Source: Lentisphaeria bacterium (GTDB lineage Bacteria; Verrucomicrobiota; Lentisphaeria; JABSQK01; JAWLHB01). From it: a stretch of DNA of 50,718 bases. The notes beneath the pieces were generated by a model. That model made no database searches. It was not told where the DNA came from and saw only the letters and a program-made list of their open reading frames with translations. The translations under genes were made by a program, and so were the position numbers. Numbering within the stretch: the stretch's first letter is position 1; the number at the start of each line of letters is the position of its first letter. Below, one piece after another: positions 1 to 10,106 of this stretch. The DNA lies in assembly GCA_041690595.1 (NCBI GenBank), contig JAWLHB010000024.1, positions 62,001 through 112,718 on the forward strand, written 5' to 3'.

Positions 1-631
1 TGGCGTCGTAGGCGGTCGTCGCGGCCAATGCGTCAGTCACGGGTTGGCCACCCTCCCAGTTGGCACCGGCGAGCAGGGCCTCGAACGGCAGGGGGCGGAG
101 GAGGTCGACGGGATCGCCGTTGGCGGGAGTTGCGGTATAGAGCTGGTCATACAGCAGATCGCCGAGCTTGGCGTTGGTCATGACCAGACCAGCGCCGGCG
201 ACCACCTGTACGCTGACCCTGTTGGCGATCTCGGGCGGCAGGGACGAGAGGCAGACATTGGCCAGCAGGATGAGCTGATAGCGCGGCCCGTCGAGCGCCG
301 CGCGGGCTTTGGCGAGTTGCTCGTCATAGGCCAGACCCCAGTAGCGGATTGGCGCCGTGTTGCCAAAGACCTGGGGGCCGCCGAAGTGGCCGGCGGCATC
401 CTGAACGGTGAGCACGGTGAGGTCGAGGTCAAGGCACTCGGCCAGGTCCCAGAGGTCGCGCCCGCCGTTGATGGGTACGATGGCCAGCGTCTTGAGCGGT
501 TCCCCGGCCAGCGGCTTGGCCCACGGTATATGGGGAACGACAAAGCGGCCGTCGCGGGTGCCGGGGGTGGCGTGCGCGGGCGTCAGGATACAGGCCATAG
601 CCAGCCCCAAAGACAAAACAATCCCTCTCAT
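1..631 (-). CDS. Secreted hypothetical protein, N-terminal part (runs off the window start); possibly a carbohydrate-active enzyme
   Basis: Not in the ORF track. ATG at 631 with a GGGGAG RBS; open frame MRGIVLSLGLAMACILTPAHATPGTRDGRFVVPHIPWAKPLAGEPLK... to the window edge; signal-peptide-like N-terminus. Confidence 0.7.
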   Translation of the reverse strand, partial: MRGIVLSLGLAMACILTPAHATPGTRDGRFVVPHIPWAKPLAGEPLKTLAIVPINGGRDLWDLAECLDLDLTVLTVQDAAGHFGGPQVFGNTAPIRYWGLAYDEQLAKARAALDGPRYQLILLANVCLSSLPPEIANRVSVQVVAGAGLVMTNAKLGDLLYDQLYTATPANGDPVDLLRPLPFEALLAGANWEGGQPVTDALAATTAYDA

Positions 632-661
632 ATCGAATCTCCCCTGATCGATGTCGGTAGC

Positions 662-1351
662 TTACGGCAGCTGGACCATATACATGCTGCACCAATAGCG
701 CACGAAGTGGCGGGCCCCAACGTTGAAGGCCTGCTCGTTGAGCGTGGCCAACTCCGGCGCGGTGTGCGCGCGCACGCTCCCGTCAAGGAACCAGGCGTTG
801 GCGCGGTCGTTGCCGTGCCGCGTGTGCAACTGGTTCGTGTTGTTGTCCCCATCCATGCGGTAGAACTGGTGCTTGCGGTTCTGCAGGATCGAGTCGGCAA
901 AATGCGTGTAGCCGCTGCTGTCACTGACGCGGTGGATGGCCACGGGGCCGGTGCCGTACCAGTTGTTGGTGTGCTCGTTGTTGTAGATGAAGCCAGTGTA
1001 GAAGCGACATCCATAGACGAGAGCGCCAAGGGTTGCTACAGGAAGGGGCGCGAAGGAGGGACACTGGTAGACATCGCTCTTCGGCACGTAGTCGATAGTA
1101 CTCTCGTACCACAGGTTGGCGCTGTAGCGATTGGTGGCGTAGGCATTGAAGATCTGGCCATCGTTATCATCGGCATACATGAGGGCGGCGCCGCCGATCT
1201 GCTTGAGGTTGCTCATGCAGGCAATCGCCCGCGCTTTGTCCCGGGCTCTGCTCAAAGCGGGCAGTAGCATGCTGGCGAGGATGGCGATTATCGCAACAAC
1301 GACGAGCAGCTCGATCAGGGTGAAGGCGTGGCGGGCGGGGATAGGACGCAT
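662..1351 (-). CDS. Prepilin-type N-terminal cleavage/methylation protein with H-X9-DG domain (DUF1559-like)
   Basis: [46 protein letters not shown]-terminal [15 protein letters not shown]. Confidence 0.9.
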   Translation of the reverse strand: MRPIPARHAFTLIELLVVVAIIAILASMLLPALSRARDKARAIACMSNLKQIGGAALMYADDNDGQIFNAYATNRYSANLWYESTIDYVPKSDVYQCPSFAPLPVATLGALVYGCRFYTGFIYNNEHTNNWYGTGPVAIHRVSDSSGYTHFADSILQNRKHQFYRMDGDNNTNQLHTRHGNDRANAWFLDGSVRAHTAPELATLNEQAFNVGARHFVRYWCSMYMVQLP

Positions 1352-1355
1352 CTGT

Positions 1356-2489
1356 TCAGAACTCCGGAGTGTGGGTTTCAGCGTAGTCGTGAGAACGGAG
1401 GGCAGGGCCCAGGTACATATCGGCTGGCAGAACCAGCCGAAACCCCGCAGACCAGATCCGCCGACGCGGACGCTTGCCCTTGACTAACGCCACCATCAAC
1501 TGGCCGACCAGCGCGGCATCGGCCTTACCGTCGATCTCCAGCCTGGCGCACGGGAAAGGAGGATGCGGGGAGATATCGGCGGTGGTGAGGGCGGCGATCT
1601 GCAGGTCGCGCGGTACCTGTACGCGGAGAGCGCGCAGGGCAGCACCTGCGTCGTGGAGAAGAAAATCGTCGCCGACGACCAGCCCATCGGGCTTCTGTGC
1701 ATCCGCGGTCCAGATCTCGCGCATCTCGTCCCAGGCAGAACCCGGGAGGCTGGGATGCAGGTCGAGGCCAATATGGTGGCTTTCCAGAGAGACGTCAGGA
1801 GGAAGCGCCTGTCGGTACCTGGCAAGCACGGCATCGATCGGTCTCCGGGGATTGGCAGAACTCTCCCAGCCCAGCAACGCAAGACGCCGACAGCCGCAAG
1901 ACACCAGGTAGCGCAGCGCGGCAAGCACCCGCTCGTCGTGCTCAGTCGAGAAGCTGTAGGGGTACTCGGCCACATTGCCGATGATGGGCAAGTGGGTGAG
2001 CTGTGGATACTCGTGCAGGAGACAGCCTGTGGAAGGAAAGCTGACGGCGACCAGGCCGGCCAGCCGGCCGCTCTGGACGTCCTCGAACAGATCGGGCAAC
2101 TCCATGTTGAAGCTGCCACTGGGGGCCGTGTGGCCTATGTACAGACGACTACGGATGCCCTGCTGATGAAACCATTCGCGCAAATGGTAGGCGCGTCCTC
2201 GGATGCCGCCCACTTGGTGGGGATGCAGCAGGTCGAGGCTGCTGACGAGTCCGATCGCTTTGGTGGGCAGACGATCCGCAACGTACGTACCGCTGCCTTG
2301 GCGGCGCTCGATGAGCCCTTCCTGCGCCAGGAGCGTCAAGGCCTCGCGCACCTTGTTGATGCTGGCGCCAAGCTGCTCACAAAGCTCTGCTTCCGTAGGC
2401 AGACGTTCGCCGGGCTGGCCAGCGCGGACATGATCACCCAATTGGGTGACGAGTCGCTGGGTTAAAGAGCTCTTCTTGTGGTCTGTCAT
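1356..2489 (-). CDS. GntR-family HTH regulator with LacI-like sensor domain
   Basis: [45 protein letters not shown], followed by a periplasmic-binding-protein-like domain (PDGLVVGDD...VPRDL). Confidence 0.85.
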   Translation of the reverse strand: MTDHKKSSLTQRLVTQLGDHVRAGQPGERLPTEAELCEQLGASINKVREALTLLAQEGLIERRQGSGTYVADRLPTKAIGLVSSLDLLHPHQVGGIRGRAYHLREWFHQQGIRSRLYIGHTAPSGSFNMELPDLFEDVQSGRLAGLVAVSFPSTGCLLHEYPQLTHLPIIGNVAEYPYSFSTEHDERVLAALRYLVSCGCRRLALLGWESSANPRRPIDAVLARYRQALPPDVSLESHHIGLDLHPSLPGSAWDEMREIWTADAQKPDGLVVGDDFLLHDAGAALRALRVQVPRDLQIAALTTADISPHPPFPCARLEIDGKADAALVGQLMVALVKGKRPRRRIWSAGFRLVLPADMYLGPALRSHDYAETHTPEF

Positions 2490-2539
2490 CTGCCGGTGTT
2501 GTAAGGAGTGACGGAATCAGGTAGTTCTTCTTGGTAAGG

Positions 2540-2568
2540 ACAATACGCCATGACTGCTATACCGTCAA
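2540..2568 (-). promoter_or_regulatory. Putative sigma70 promoter of the GntR/pilin-like operon
   Basis: TTGACG-N17-TATTGT on the minus strand. Confidence 0.5.
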
Positions 2569-2771
2569 ATCCGTCACTGACTTTTCAGACAGAAAAATAG
2601 TATCTGTCAGCGTGAGATCAGGTGAATCGGCAACCGCTTTTGGTTGGGATCTGACGTCCTGAGAGGCTCAGCGGCACCGGCGATATTCTACCATCTCGAG
2701 ATTCCGCTGCTGGTCGCACTCTCCCCAGCAGTTCCCGTCGCCCATCTCGTCTCCAATTGGACTCCGACTGC

Positions 2772-2799
2772 TTGACCTGGCACGGCAGTCGCCTATCTT
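2772..2799 (+). promoter_or_regulatory. Putative sigma70 promoter of the LacI gene
   Basis: TTGACC-N16-TATCTT. Confidence 0.45.
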
Positions 2800-2817
2800 A
2801 GTGGTCGACCAAAGGGG

Positions 2818-3867
2818 GTGGCGGTGAGTTCGACAGTGGGATTGCGAGAAGTCGCTCGGGAAGCCGGTGTTTCGGCCAGGACCGTAAGCCGAGTCATGCG
2901 AGGCGAAACCAATGTGGCACCGGAAACACGCGACCGAATACAGGCGATTGCCTTGCGCTTGGGATACCGGCCCAATCTCGCGGCCCGGTCGTTGCGCTCG
3001 CGGCGCAGCCACGAGGTTGTCCTGATCGCCTGGTCGGCCACGGTTTTCAACGATGCGGCGGAGATCTATCTGCAGCGGATCCAAGGTCTGGAACAACGCC
3101 TGCGTGAGGCGGGACTACCTCTGCAGATCCATGTGGTTTCGGCAATGGAAAACGATGCCAAGCAGATGCCGGAAGAGGATCTGCTCTCGGAGCTGGAGCT
3201 GCGCCAGCCGATAGGAGTCGCCATGTTTTCCCACCGGCCGTCGACGATCGCGAGCTGCTGCGACCGTCTGCTGGGGGCGGGGATCCCGGTGGTGGTGATC
3301 GATCACGTTGCGGCGGACGAAGATGAGTCGTACATGCATATCAGCATCGACCGGCCGGAGGCGGTGCGGCTGGCGGTGCACTTTCTGGCGGAGCGGGCTT
3401 ACCAGCGGATTGCGTATGTAGGGCCGGCCCAGGTGCCGACGCGACTGGATGGCTATCACAAGGGGATGCGCGAACTCGGTCGCGAGCCGCTGCATCTGTA
3501 TACGGAGGTGGGGCATACATCGCCGCGCTATTTCGAGATCGGGCGAGCAGCCGCGGCCGCGCTCGCGACGATGACGCCACGGCCGGATGCGGTGCAGTGC
3601 TACTCGGACGCGCTGGCTGTGGGGCTGCTGGACGGTCTGCGGGCTTTGGGGCTGAAGGTCCCCGAGGACGTTGCCGTGGTGGGATTCGATGATCGCATGA
3701 TCGCGCAGCTCTGCACACCGCAACTGACAACACTGGCGCAGCCGAGCTTCGAAGTGGGGCTGGCCGCGGCCGATGCCTTACTCAGTTCCATCCATCATGA
3801 AGCCGCGAAGGATCGGATCCATGCGCGGCGTATCGTGCCCCGCCTGGTGGTGCGCGGCTCCGCGTAA
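2818..3867 (+). CDS. LacI-family transcriptional regulator
   Basis: LREVAREAGVSARTVSRVM...LGYRPNLAARSL; C-terminal VPEDVAVVGFDD...PQLTT. Confidence 0.92.
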   Translation: MAVSSTVGLREVAREAGVSARTVSRVMRGETNVAPETRDRIQAIALRLGYRPNLAARSLRSRRSHEVVLIAWSATVFNDAAEIYLQRIQGLEQRLREAGLPLQIHVVSAMENDAKQMPEEDLLSELELRQPIGVAMFSHRPSTIASCCDRLLGAGIPVVVIDHVAADEDESYMHISIDRPEAVRLAVHFLAERAYQRIAYVGPAQVPTRLDGYHKGMRELGREPLHLYTEVGHTSPRYFEIGRAAAAALATMTPRPDAVQCYSDALAVGLLDGLRALGLKVPEDVAVVGFDDRMIAQLCTPQLTTLAQPSFEVGLAAADALLSSIHHEAAKDRIHARRIVPRLVVRGSA

Positions 3868-3957
3868 GAAGTTGTGTTTTCAGGCAAATGCGCTATAGTT
3901 GAGCATGCAAAAGCCTGAAAGTATCGATCGAACGTGGTCCGGGCGAAGGTGCCCGGT

Positions 3958-5064
3958 ATGAGTACAATAGCAGCCCTCACATTTTCTGGCTCCTCCCGCG
4001 AGGTGGGACGACAGCATGCCGAACATGCCGCCCCCTTTTTCAAGGAGGAGTTGGCTACCAGTCTGCCACTGTGGCAGGCAGCCGATACCACCCTTCGCTA
4101 TCAGGCGATGGTGCACTACCTGAGTTGTGAATTTCCCGATCTCTACGATGAAGGGATGGGCTTCGCCGAGGTGCTGGGTATTCCGGTGGGACAAGCGCTC
4201 TGGGCCACGCTGGCGCCGGCCTACGCTCCCGAGTTGGAGTTGGTTCAAAACAGTACCGTCATCTGGCGCCATCGTCGCGAAGGACCGGTGCTCTTTCGCA
4301 CGGAGAATGGCCTGCCGCTGGACAAGGAGGTGGATGCTGGGGAGGCAATGGCGCAACGGGTTCGCCTGTTGGCAGTCGTCGACCATGACAGTGTGGGCTG
4401 CAACCGGAGCACCGGGCTGTGGCGGCTCGGCAAGATCGGCCTGCAGGCAGGGATCAATGCCTCTGGACTGCTGATCTCCTACACGGTTGGGCGCCCGTGC
4501 CTGAGCACCATCGAGAATGGCCTGGCGTCGTCGCTGCTGGCGACCGTCCTGCTGCGAACGTGCGAGACGGTGGAAGATGTCTACGAGATGGCGCGCAAGA
4601 TCCCGCTCGTTGGCAATGGGGCGAACCTGATCGCGGCGGATGCCACGGGGCTGCTGGCCAGCATCGAGAAGGCTGGTGATTATGTCAATATCCGCACGGG
4701 CGGCGATTACCAGGTGGGGGTGAACCACCTGCACGACGAATCGATGCGGGAGATGATCCGTCGCGCTGACGCTGACTGGCTGGAGAGCGAGGAGTACGCC
4801 AGTTCGCGGGCACGGGCGCAGTTTGTAGAGAACCGGATGCTTTACATCGGCGCCCGCTATCGTCTTTCAGCGCACGAGCAACTGAGCAAGCTTTTGGAGC
4901 ATCGCAGCGGCGCAGTCTGCCAGCATGGCGACGCGGAAGCCTATCAAACGGACTACGCGGTGCTGATTACGGCAGGCACGGGGATGCTCGAGCTCTTTGT
5001 GGGACCGCCCTGTCTTGGCGACAGTCACCAGTTCCCCGTGGTGGAACGTCTGGCAACAGCTTAG
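3958..5064 (+). CDS. Peptidase C45 / acyl-CoA:6-APA acyltransferase-like Ntn-hydrolase
   Basis: [12 protein letters not shown] pro-region, [19 protein letters not shown] and GPPC motifs resemble family C45. Confidence 0.65.
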   Translation: MSTIAALTFSGSSREVGRQHAEHAAPFFKEELATSLPLWQAADTTLRYQAMVHYLSCEFPDLYDEGMGFAEVLGIPVGQALWATLAPAYAPELELVQNSTVIWRHRREGPVLFRTENGLPLDKEVDAGEAMAQRVRLLAVVDHDSVGCNRSTGLWRLGKIGLQAGINASGLLISYTVGRPCLSTIENGLASSLLATVLLRTCETVEDVYEMARKIPLVGNGANLIAADATGLLASIEKAGDYVNIRTGGDYQVGVNHLHDESMREMIRRADADWLESEEYASSRARAQFVENRMLYIGARYRLSAHEQLSKLLEHRSGAVCQHGDAEAYQTDYAVLITAGTGMLELFVGPPCLGDSHQFPVVERLATA

Positions 5065-5114
5065 GCTCAAGGCAAAGGGGGCGTGTCTTTGGCTGTACTT
5101 CGCGCCTCGACGTC

Positions 5115-5142
5115 TTGACAAGCGGGCAGCTGTCCTTACATT
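5115..5142 (+). promoter_or_regulatory. Putative sigma70 promoter of xylA
   Basis: TTGACA-N16-TACATT. Confidence 0.55.
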
Positions 5143-5201
5143 CATGGCGACATCCATATCCACACTTTCGCACACACACCATCATCCTGCAGGAGTTCGT
5201 C

Positions 5202-6512
5202 ATGTCCAGCTACTTTCCGGGAATCTCTGAGATACGTCATGAAGGAAGAGAGTCGACCAATCCCCTTTCCTTCCGGTGGTACGACAAGGATCGGAAAGTG
5301 GGCGGCAAGACGATGGGCGAGCATTTCCGCTTTGCGGTGGCCTACTGGCACACCTTCAAGGGCACGGGAAGCGACATGTTCGGGAGCGGCACCTACAATC
5401 GCCCGTGGAACAAGGGTGGCAATCCGCTGAAGGTGGCCGAGGCGACGGTCGATGCGTGCTTCGAATTCTGCCAGAAGCTCGGCCTTGATTACTACTGCTT
5501 CCATGATCGGGATATTGCGCCGGAAGGCAGCAGCTTCGCGGAATCGTGCAGGAATCTGGAACATATCGTCAAGCTGGCGAAAGAGCGCCAGGAGAGCACG
5601 GGTATCAAGCTGCTGTGGGGGACGGCCAATCTGTTCAGCAATCCCCGGTATGCGCACGGGGCCTTCACGAATCCCGATCCGCAAGTGGCGGCGTATGCGG
5701 CGGCACAAGTGAAGCATGCCATCGATGCGACGGTCGAGCTTGGCGGCGAAAACTATGTGTTCTGGGGCGGGCGCGAGGGATATGAGAGCCTGCTGAATAC
5801 GGACATCCGTCATGAGCAGGAGCAGCTTGCAAAGGGGCTCCACATGGCGGTGGAGTATGCTCGGAAGATCGGTTTCAAAGGACAGTTTCTGATCGAGCCC
5901 AAGCCGTGCGAACCGACCAAGCACCAGTATGACCACGACAGCGCCACGGTGATCTCATTCCTGCGGCAGTATGGTCTGAGCGATTACTTCAAGCTCAATA
6001 TCGAGGCGAATCACGCGACGCTCGCCGGTCACAGCTTTGCGCATGAGCTGGCGGTTGCCTCCGCCGCTGGGATGCTCGGCAGCGTGGACGCGAATCGCGG
6101 AGATACGCTGCTCGGCTGGGATACGGATCAGTTCCCGACGGACATCTACGACACCACCTTCGCCATGCTGCTCATCCTGCGGCAGGGCGGTCTGGGCAAG
6201 GGCGGCCTCAACTTCGACGCGAAGCCGCGCCGCGGTTCGGTCGACGAGGTCGACCTCTTCCACGCGCACATCGGGGCGATGGATGCCTTCGCCCGTGGCT
6301 TGCTGATTGCGCAACGGATCCTCGACGACGGCAAGCTCGACAAGGCGGTAGCCGAGCGCTACGCCGGCTGGAAGGGCGAGCTTGGAAACCAGATACTGGG
6401 AGGAGAGGCCAGCTTCGACAGCCTGGACGCCTACACCAGGAGCAATGGCGAACCGAAGGCTGTAAGCGGTCGCCAGGAAATGCTGGAGAATCTGGTCAAC
6501 ACCTACATTTGA
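5202..6512 (+). CDS. xylA: Xylose isomerase (class II)
   Basis: [70 protein letters not shown] before ATG 5202. Confidence 0.97.
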   Translation: MSSYFPGISEIRHEGRESTNPLSFRWYDKDRKVGGKTMGEHFRFAVAYWHTFKGTGSDMFGSGTYNRPWNKGGNPLKVAEATVDACFEFCQKLGLDYYCFHDRDIAPEGSSFAESCRNLEHIVKLAKERQESTGIKLLWGTANLFSNPRYAHGAFTNPDPQVAAYAAAQVKHAIDATVELGGENYVFWGGREGYESLLNTDIRHEQEQLAKGLHMAVEYARKIGFKGQFLIEPKPCEPTKHQYDHDSATVISFLRQYGLSDYFKLNIEANHATLAGHSFAHELAVASAAGMLGSVDANRGDTLLGWDTDQFPTDIYDTTFAMLLILRQGGLGKGGLNFDAKPRRGSVDEVDLFHAHIGAMDAFARGLLIAQRILDDGKLDKAVAERYAGWKGELGNQILGGEASFDSLDAYTRSNGEPKAVSGRQEMLENLVNTYI

Positions 6513-6527
6513 TTCACGGTTGGCGAC

Positions 6528-6577
6528 ATCGTGCCGGCTGCTCGATGGGAGAGCCGGCACGATCGAACTTAACTTTT
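6528..6577 (+). terminator. Stem-loop after xylA (possible terminator or mRNA-stabilising hairpin)
   Basis: 12-bp inverted repeat ATCGTGCCGGCT (6528-6539) / AGCCGGCACGAT (6552-6563), then a weak T-rich tail. Confidence 0.5.
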
Positions 6578-6591
6578 GAGGAGATCTAGCA

Positions 6592-7938
6592 TTGGCAACA
6601 AGCAGAGAACCGCTTAGCCAGGCAGGATTGTTAACGCGCGACCGCACACGCTCAGCACTTATCCTCGCGCTGCTTTTTGTCTCCGGTTACGGCGCCTTCA
6701 TGATCATCCGGCCGTATCTGCACAGCATCATCATAGCCGGCCTGCTGGTGGTGATTTTCACGCCCGTGCACAAGTGGCTGCTGCGGAAAACGAAGAACCG
6801 GAGCAATCTGGCGGCGGGCCTGAGTTGCGCCGTGGTGGCACTGGTGGTCATCATCCCACTGGCGGGCTTCACATCGACGCTGGTCTATCGCGGTATCAAC
6901 ACCTTCAGGTCCATCCAGGAGTGGTTTGTTCAGTTTGATGCTGAAGCTGCCTTTGCCGTGGAAGTCGAGGAGATACTGGATGCTGAAGTGGCTGCCCCGG
7001 AGAATGGCGGCGCCAACGCGGAACCCCTTGCGGCCGAGGCGGTTGAGAACTCGCCGACCGTCAGCGAGGTGGATCTTGCGGTGCAGCGCTGGCTACGGTC
7101 GCCACGATTGGAGAAACTACGAAATTCGATGATCGTGCAGAAGCTTGTATCCTGGAGGCGAAGCCTCTTTCCAGGATGGACCATTGATATGGAGGCGACG
7201 CGAGACTGGCTTATCAAGCGAAGCGATGTGCTCGGCGAGAAGGTGGTGAGCGGGGTAGGTAACGCCTTCATCGTGCTGCTGAATTTCTTCCTGATGCTGT
7301 TTGTGATGTTCTATTTCTTCCGAGACGGTGAGCATATCATGGACTACATGGTGCGCCTCTCGCCGCTTTCGGTGGAGCAGGAGCACATGCTGATCGAACG
7401 GGTGAAGGAAGTGACGAAGTCTGCAGTCGCCGGGACGCTGCTGACGGCGGTGGCCCAGGGAGTCGTGGGCATGATTGGCCTGGCGGTGGCGGGAGTACCA
7501 TGGCTGGTGTGGGGTGTGATGATGGGCTTTGCCTCGCTGGTGCCGGTGATCGGCACTGCCATCATCTGGGTTCCCATCGTCGTTTATCTCTTCATTGTGG
7601 GGCATATATGGCAGGCAATCTTCCTTCTCCTCTGGTGCACGATCGTAGTCGGCACGATCGATAATTTTCTTCGTCCGGTGCTCATGCAGGGGAAGACGGG
7701 GATGTCGAATCTGTTGCTCTTCTTTGCGATCCTGGGCGGCCTGCAGTTGTTCGGAATCATCGGCGTGATCTATGGGCCGCTCATCTTCGCGATGGTGGCG
7801 GTCATGCTCTACATTTTCCAGTTGGAGACAGAAGAGCGCAGCATGCGTGCCGCCAAGGCAGCCGCCGCAGTCGCGCAGGAGGAGGCAGTCATGCCGGCTT
7901 CCGCTTCCCCGCGAGAGGATGATGATGGCCGACCGTAA
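6592..7938 (+). CDS. AI-2E family transporter (PerM/YdiK-like)
   Basis: Multiple TM helices, FYFFRDG, SLVPVIGT, IDNFLRP, GGLQLFGIIGVIYGP; TTG start with GAGGAG RBS. Confidence 0.9.
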   Translation: MATSREPLSQAGLLTRDRTRSALILALLFVSGYGAFMIIRPYLHSIIIAGLLVVIFTPVHKWLLRKTKNRSNLAAGLSCAVVALVVIIPLAGFTSTLVYRGINTFRSIQEWFVQFDAEAAFAVEVEEILDAEVAAPENGGANAEPLAAEAVENSPTVSEVDLAVQRWLRSPRLEKLRNSMIVQKLVSWRRSLFPGWTIDMEATRDWLIKRSDVLGEKVVSGVGNAFIVLLNFFLMLFVMFYFFRDGEHIMDYMVRLSPLSVEQEHMLIERVKEVTKSAVAGTLLTAVAQGVVGMIGLAVAGVPWLVWGVMMGFASLVPVIGTAIIWVPIVVYLFIVGHIWQAIFLLLWCTIVVGTIDNFLRPVLMQGKTGMSNLLLFFAILGGLQLFGIIGVIYGPLIFAMVAVMLYIFQLETEERSMRAAKAAAAVAQEEAVMPASASPREDDDGRP

Positions 7939-9154
7939 TGCTCAGATACTTACCGTCAGTGAACTGAACCGCGCCATCAAGGAGCTACTCGAGGGGAGCT
8001 TTCCTCCGCTATGGATAACGGGCGAAGTGGGCAACCTGACGATTCATCGCTCCGGCCACGTCTACCTGACACTCAAGGACTCGCGCAGCCAGATCAGCGC
8101 GGTCTACTTCAATGGCGCCGGGGCGGCGCGACGGCTGGAACTGAAAGAAGGCGCCGAAGTGGAGGTATACGGGACCATCGGCGTCTATGAACCGCGCGGC
8201 AACTATCAGTTGATGGTTCAGCAACTGCGTCCGAAAGGTCTGGGAGCCTTGCAGCAGCAGTTCGAGCAGCTGAAGCAACGGCTGCTGGACGAGGGGCTGT
8301 TCGAGCAGTCGCGCAAGCGCCCCCTGCCGAAGCTGCCGACCTGTATCGGGGTGGTCACGTCGCCGGACGGTGCGGCGCTGCATGATTTTCTGCAGGTAAT
8401 ACGGCGGCGTTTTGCCGGCATGCACATCCGCATCTGCCCGGTCAGCGTGCAAGGGCGCGATGCGGCACCTTCCATCGTCGCGGCGCTCAAGTTTCTGAAT
8501 CGTCACCGCGCATGCGATGTCATCGTGGTGACGCGTGGCGGGGGCAGCCTGGAGGATCTGTGGGCCTTCAATGAAGAATCGGTGGCGCGGGCAATCGTGG
8601 CCAGCCGGATTCCAGTGATCAGCGCGGTGGGCCACGAGGTGGACTTCACGATAGCGGACTTCGTGGCGGATCTGCGGTGCCCTACCCCATCGGCGGCGGC
8701 CGAGCTGGTCGTCGGGCAGCAATCCGACTACGTGGAGCGGCTGGAGAACCTGGGTCGGAGGCTGAACCAGAGCCTGGAGCTGCGGGTGGGCCACCTGCGA
8801 AGCCGGGTGCAGCGCTGTGCCAGTCACTATGTCTTTCGCGAGCCGATGCACCTGGTGCGCAACTATCAGCAACGTGTCGATGAGCTTGCCGCGCGGCTGG
8901 GACGGCAGTTGACGCAGCAGCTGGGACGCGAGGAGGATCGGCTGCAACGCCTCGACTCACACCTGCGGCTGCTCAACCCCCGCAGTGTGCTGACGCGCGG
9001 CTACGCCATCCTTCTCGATAGCGCGACCGGCAAAGCAGTGCGACGGGCCGCCGATGCACCCGCCGGCAGCCACCTGCGCGCCCTGTTGGCCGAAGGCGAA
9101 CTACAACTCGATGTTACCAGCAACGAAACTGCACCGGAGAACAGCCATGGCTGA
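7925..9154 (+). CDS. xseA: Exodeoxyribonuclease VII large subunit
   Basis: LTVSELN, SGHVYLTLKD, VTRGGGSLEDLWAFNEE, SAVGHEVDFTIADFVADLRCPTPSAAAE. Confidence 0.96.
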   Translation: MADRNAQILTVSELNRAIKELLEGSFPPLWITGEVGNLTIHRSGHVYLTLKDSRSQISAVYFNGAGAARRLELKEGAEVEVYGTIGVYEPRGNYQLMVQQLRPKGLGALQQQFEQLKQRLLDEGLFEQSRKRPLPKLPTCIGVVTSPDGAALHDFLQVIRRRFAGMHIRICPVSVQGRDAAPSIVAALKFLNRHRACDVIVVTRGGGSLEDLWAFNEESVARAIVASRIPVISAVGHEVDFTIADFVADLRCPTPSAAAELVVGQQSDYVERLENLGRRLNQSLELRVGHLRSRVQRCASHYVFREPMHLVRNYQQRVDELAARLGRQLTQQLGREEDRLQRLDSHLRLLNPRSVLTRGYAILLDSATGKAVRRAADAPAGSHLRALLAEGELQLDVTSNETAPENSHG

Positions 9155-9503
9155 CCAGGACTTCCTCTTCAACGAACCGCCCCCGGAACCACCGGATACC
9201 CCCGAACCATCCGCCGATCCGGCGGAGGCTCCATCGCCGACGGAACCGAAACCTCGCCGGAAAAAGGCGAAGGCGGAGGTCGCGGAGCTTCCCTTCGAGA
9301 AGGCTCTTGAGCGGCTGGAGCAGATTGTCGCGGAGATGGAAAGCGGCAAGCTCAGCCTGGAAGATTGCATGGCGCGCTATGAGGAAGGCACCCGGCTGCG
9401 CACGCAATGCAGCCGGAGCCTGAAGTCCTTCGAGAAGAGGATCGAGATTCTGATGAAAGAGAATGCCGATCCTGATGCGTGCTGGGATCAATACAACGGC
9501 TGA
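9147..9503 (+). CDS. xseB: Exodeoxyribonuclease VII small subunit with a Pro-rich N-terminal extension
   Basis: FEKALERLEQIVAEMESGKLSLEDCMARYEEG; overlaps the xseA stop. Confidence 0.9.
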   Translation: MADQDFLFNEPPPEPPDTPEPSADPAEAPSPTEPKPRRKKAKAEVAELPFEKALERLEQIVAEMESGKLSLEDCMARYEEGTRLRTQCSRSLKSFEKRIEILMKENADPDACWDQYNG

Positions 9504-9506
9504 GGC

Positions 9507-9959
9507 TCAGACGCCACCCATCTTCTTCTGAAGCTCACGCTGCAGTTCGATCTGGAAGTCTTCGAGATCTTCCTGCGTGGGGCGGCTGGATCCTTCGGCG
9601 GGATTGAGAGCCAGCTGACCCATGCGGTCGACGGACCATTCGGCGGTGGCGCCGGAAGCGAAGGTGACGTCACCACTGAACAAGGCGCCGGGGCGCACCA
9701 GCTTGCTGATGGAGATCTTGGTGGCGCCGGCCTCCGGCTCAGGTTCAGCACCCAGATCCGGTATGCCGTCCGGGGCGGGTTTGTCGGGAGTCTTATCCGA
9801 CTTGGTCCAATCGACCTGCAGAGCGGAGGAAATGAGGCGCAGGTCCATATAGGTCATCTTGCAGTCATGATCCTGTTCGAGGATCTTCTGAACCTCGCCG
9901 AGGCTTTTTCCTTCGCTGAGTAAGCGGGCAATGATCTGGTCGCGTTCGGTAGTGTCCAT
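9507..9959 (-). CDS. Hypothetical protein
   Basis: Compact ORF MDTTERDQIIARLLSEGKSLGEVQKIL...TYMDLR...WSVDRMGQL filling the xseB-lpxB gap. Confidence 0.7.
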   Translation of the reverse strand: MDTTERDQIIARLLSEGKSLGEVQKILEQDHDCKMTYMDLRLISSALQVDWTKSDKTPDKPAPDGIPDLGAEPEPEAGATKISISKLVRPGALFSGDVTFASGATAEWSVDRMGQLALNPAEGSSRPTQEDLEDFQIELQRELQKKMGGV

Positions 9960-10106
9960 GTAAATCCTATGGCTGAAAATGCTCATCTGTTCTTGTGTTG
10001 GCACCAGGCGGCAGTACATTGCTCATTCGCCGCCACGTGCTAATCGTCCGGCAGCAAGGGAATACCGGCACACCATCCAGCTCTGACTGGAAACAGTAAG
10101 ATACCC

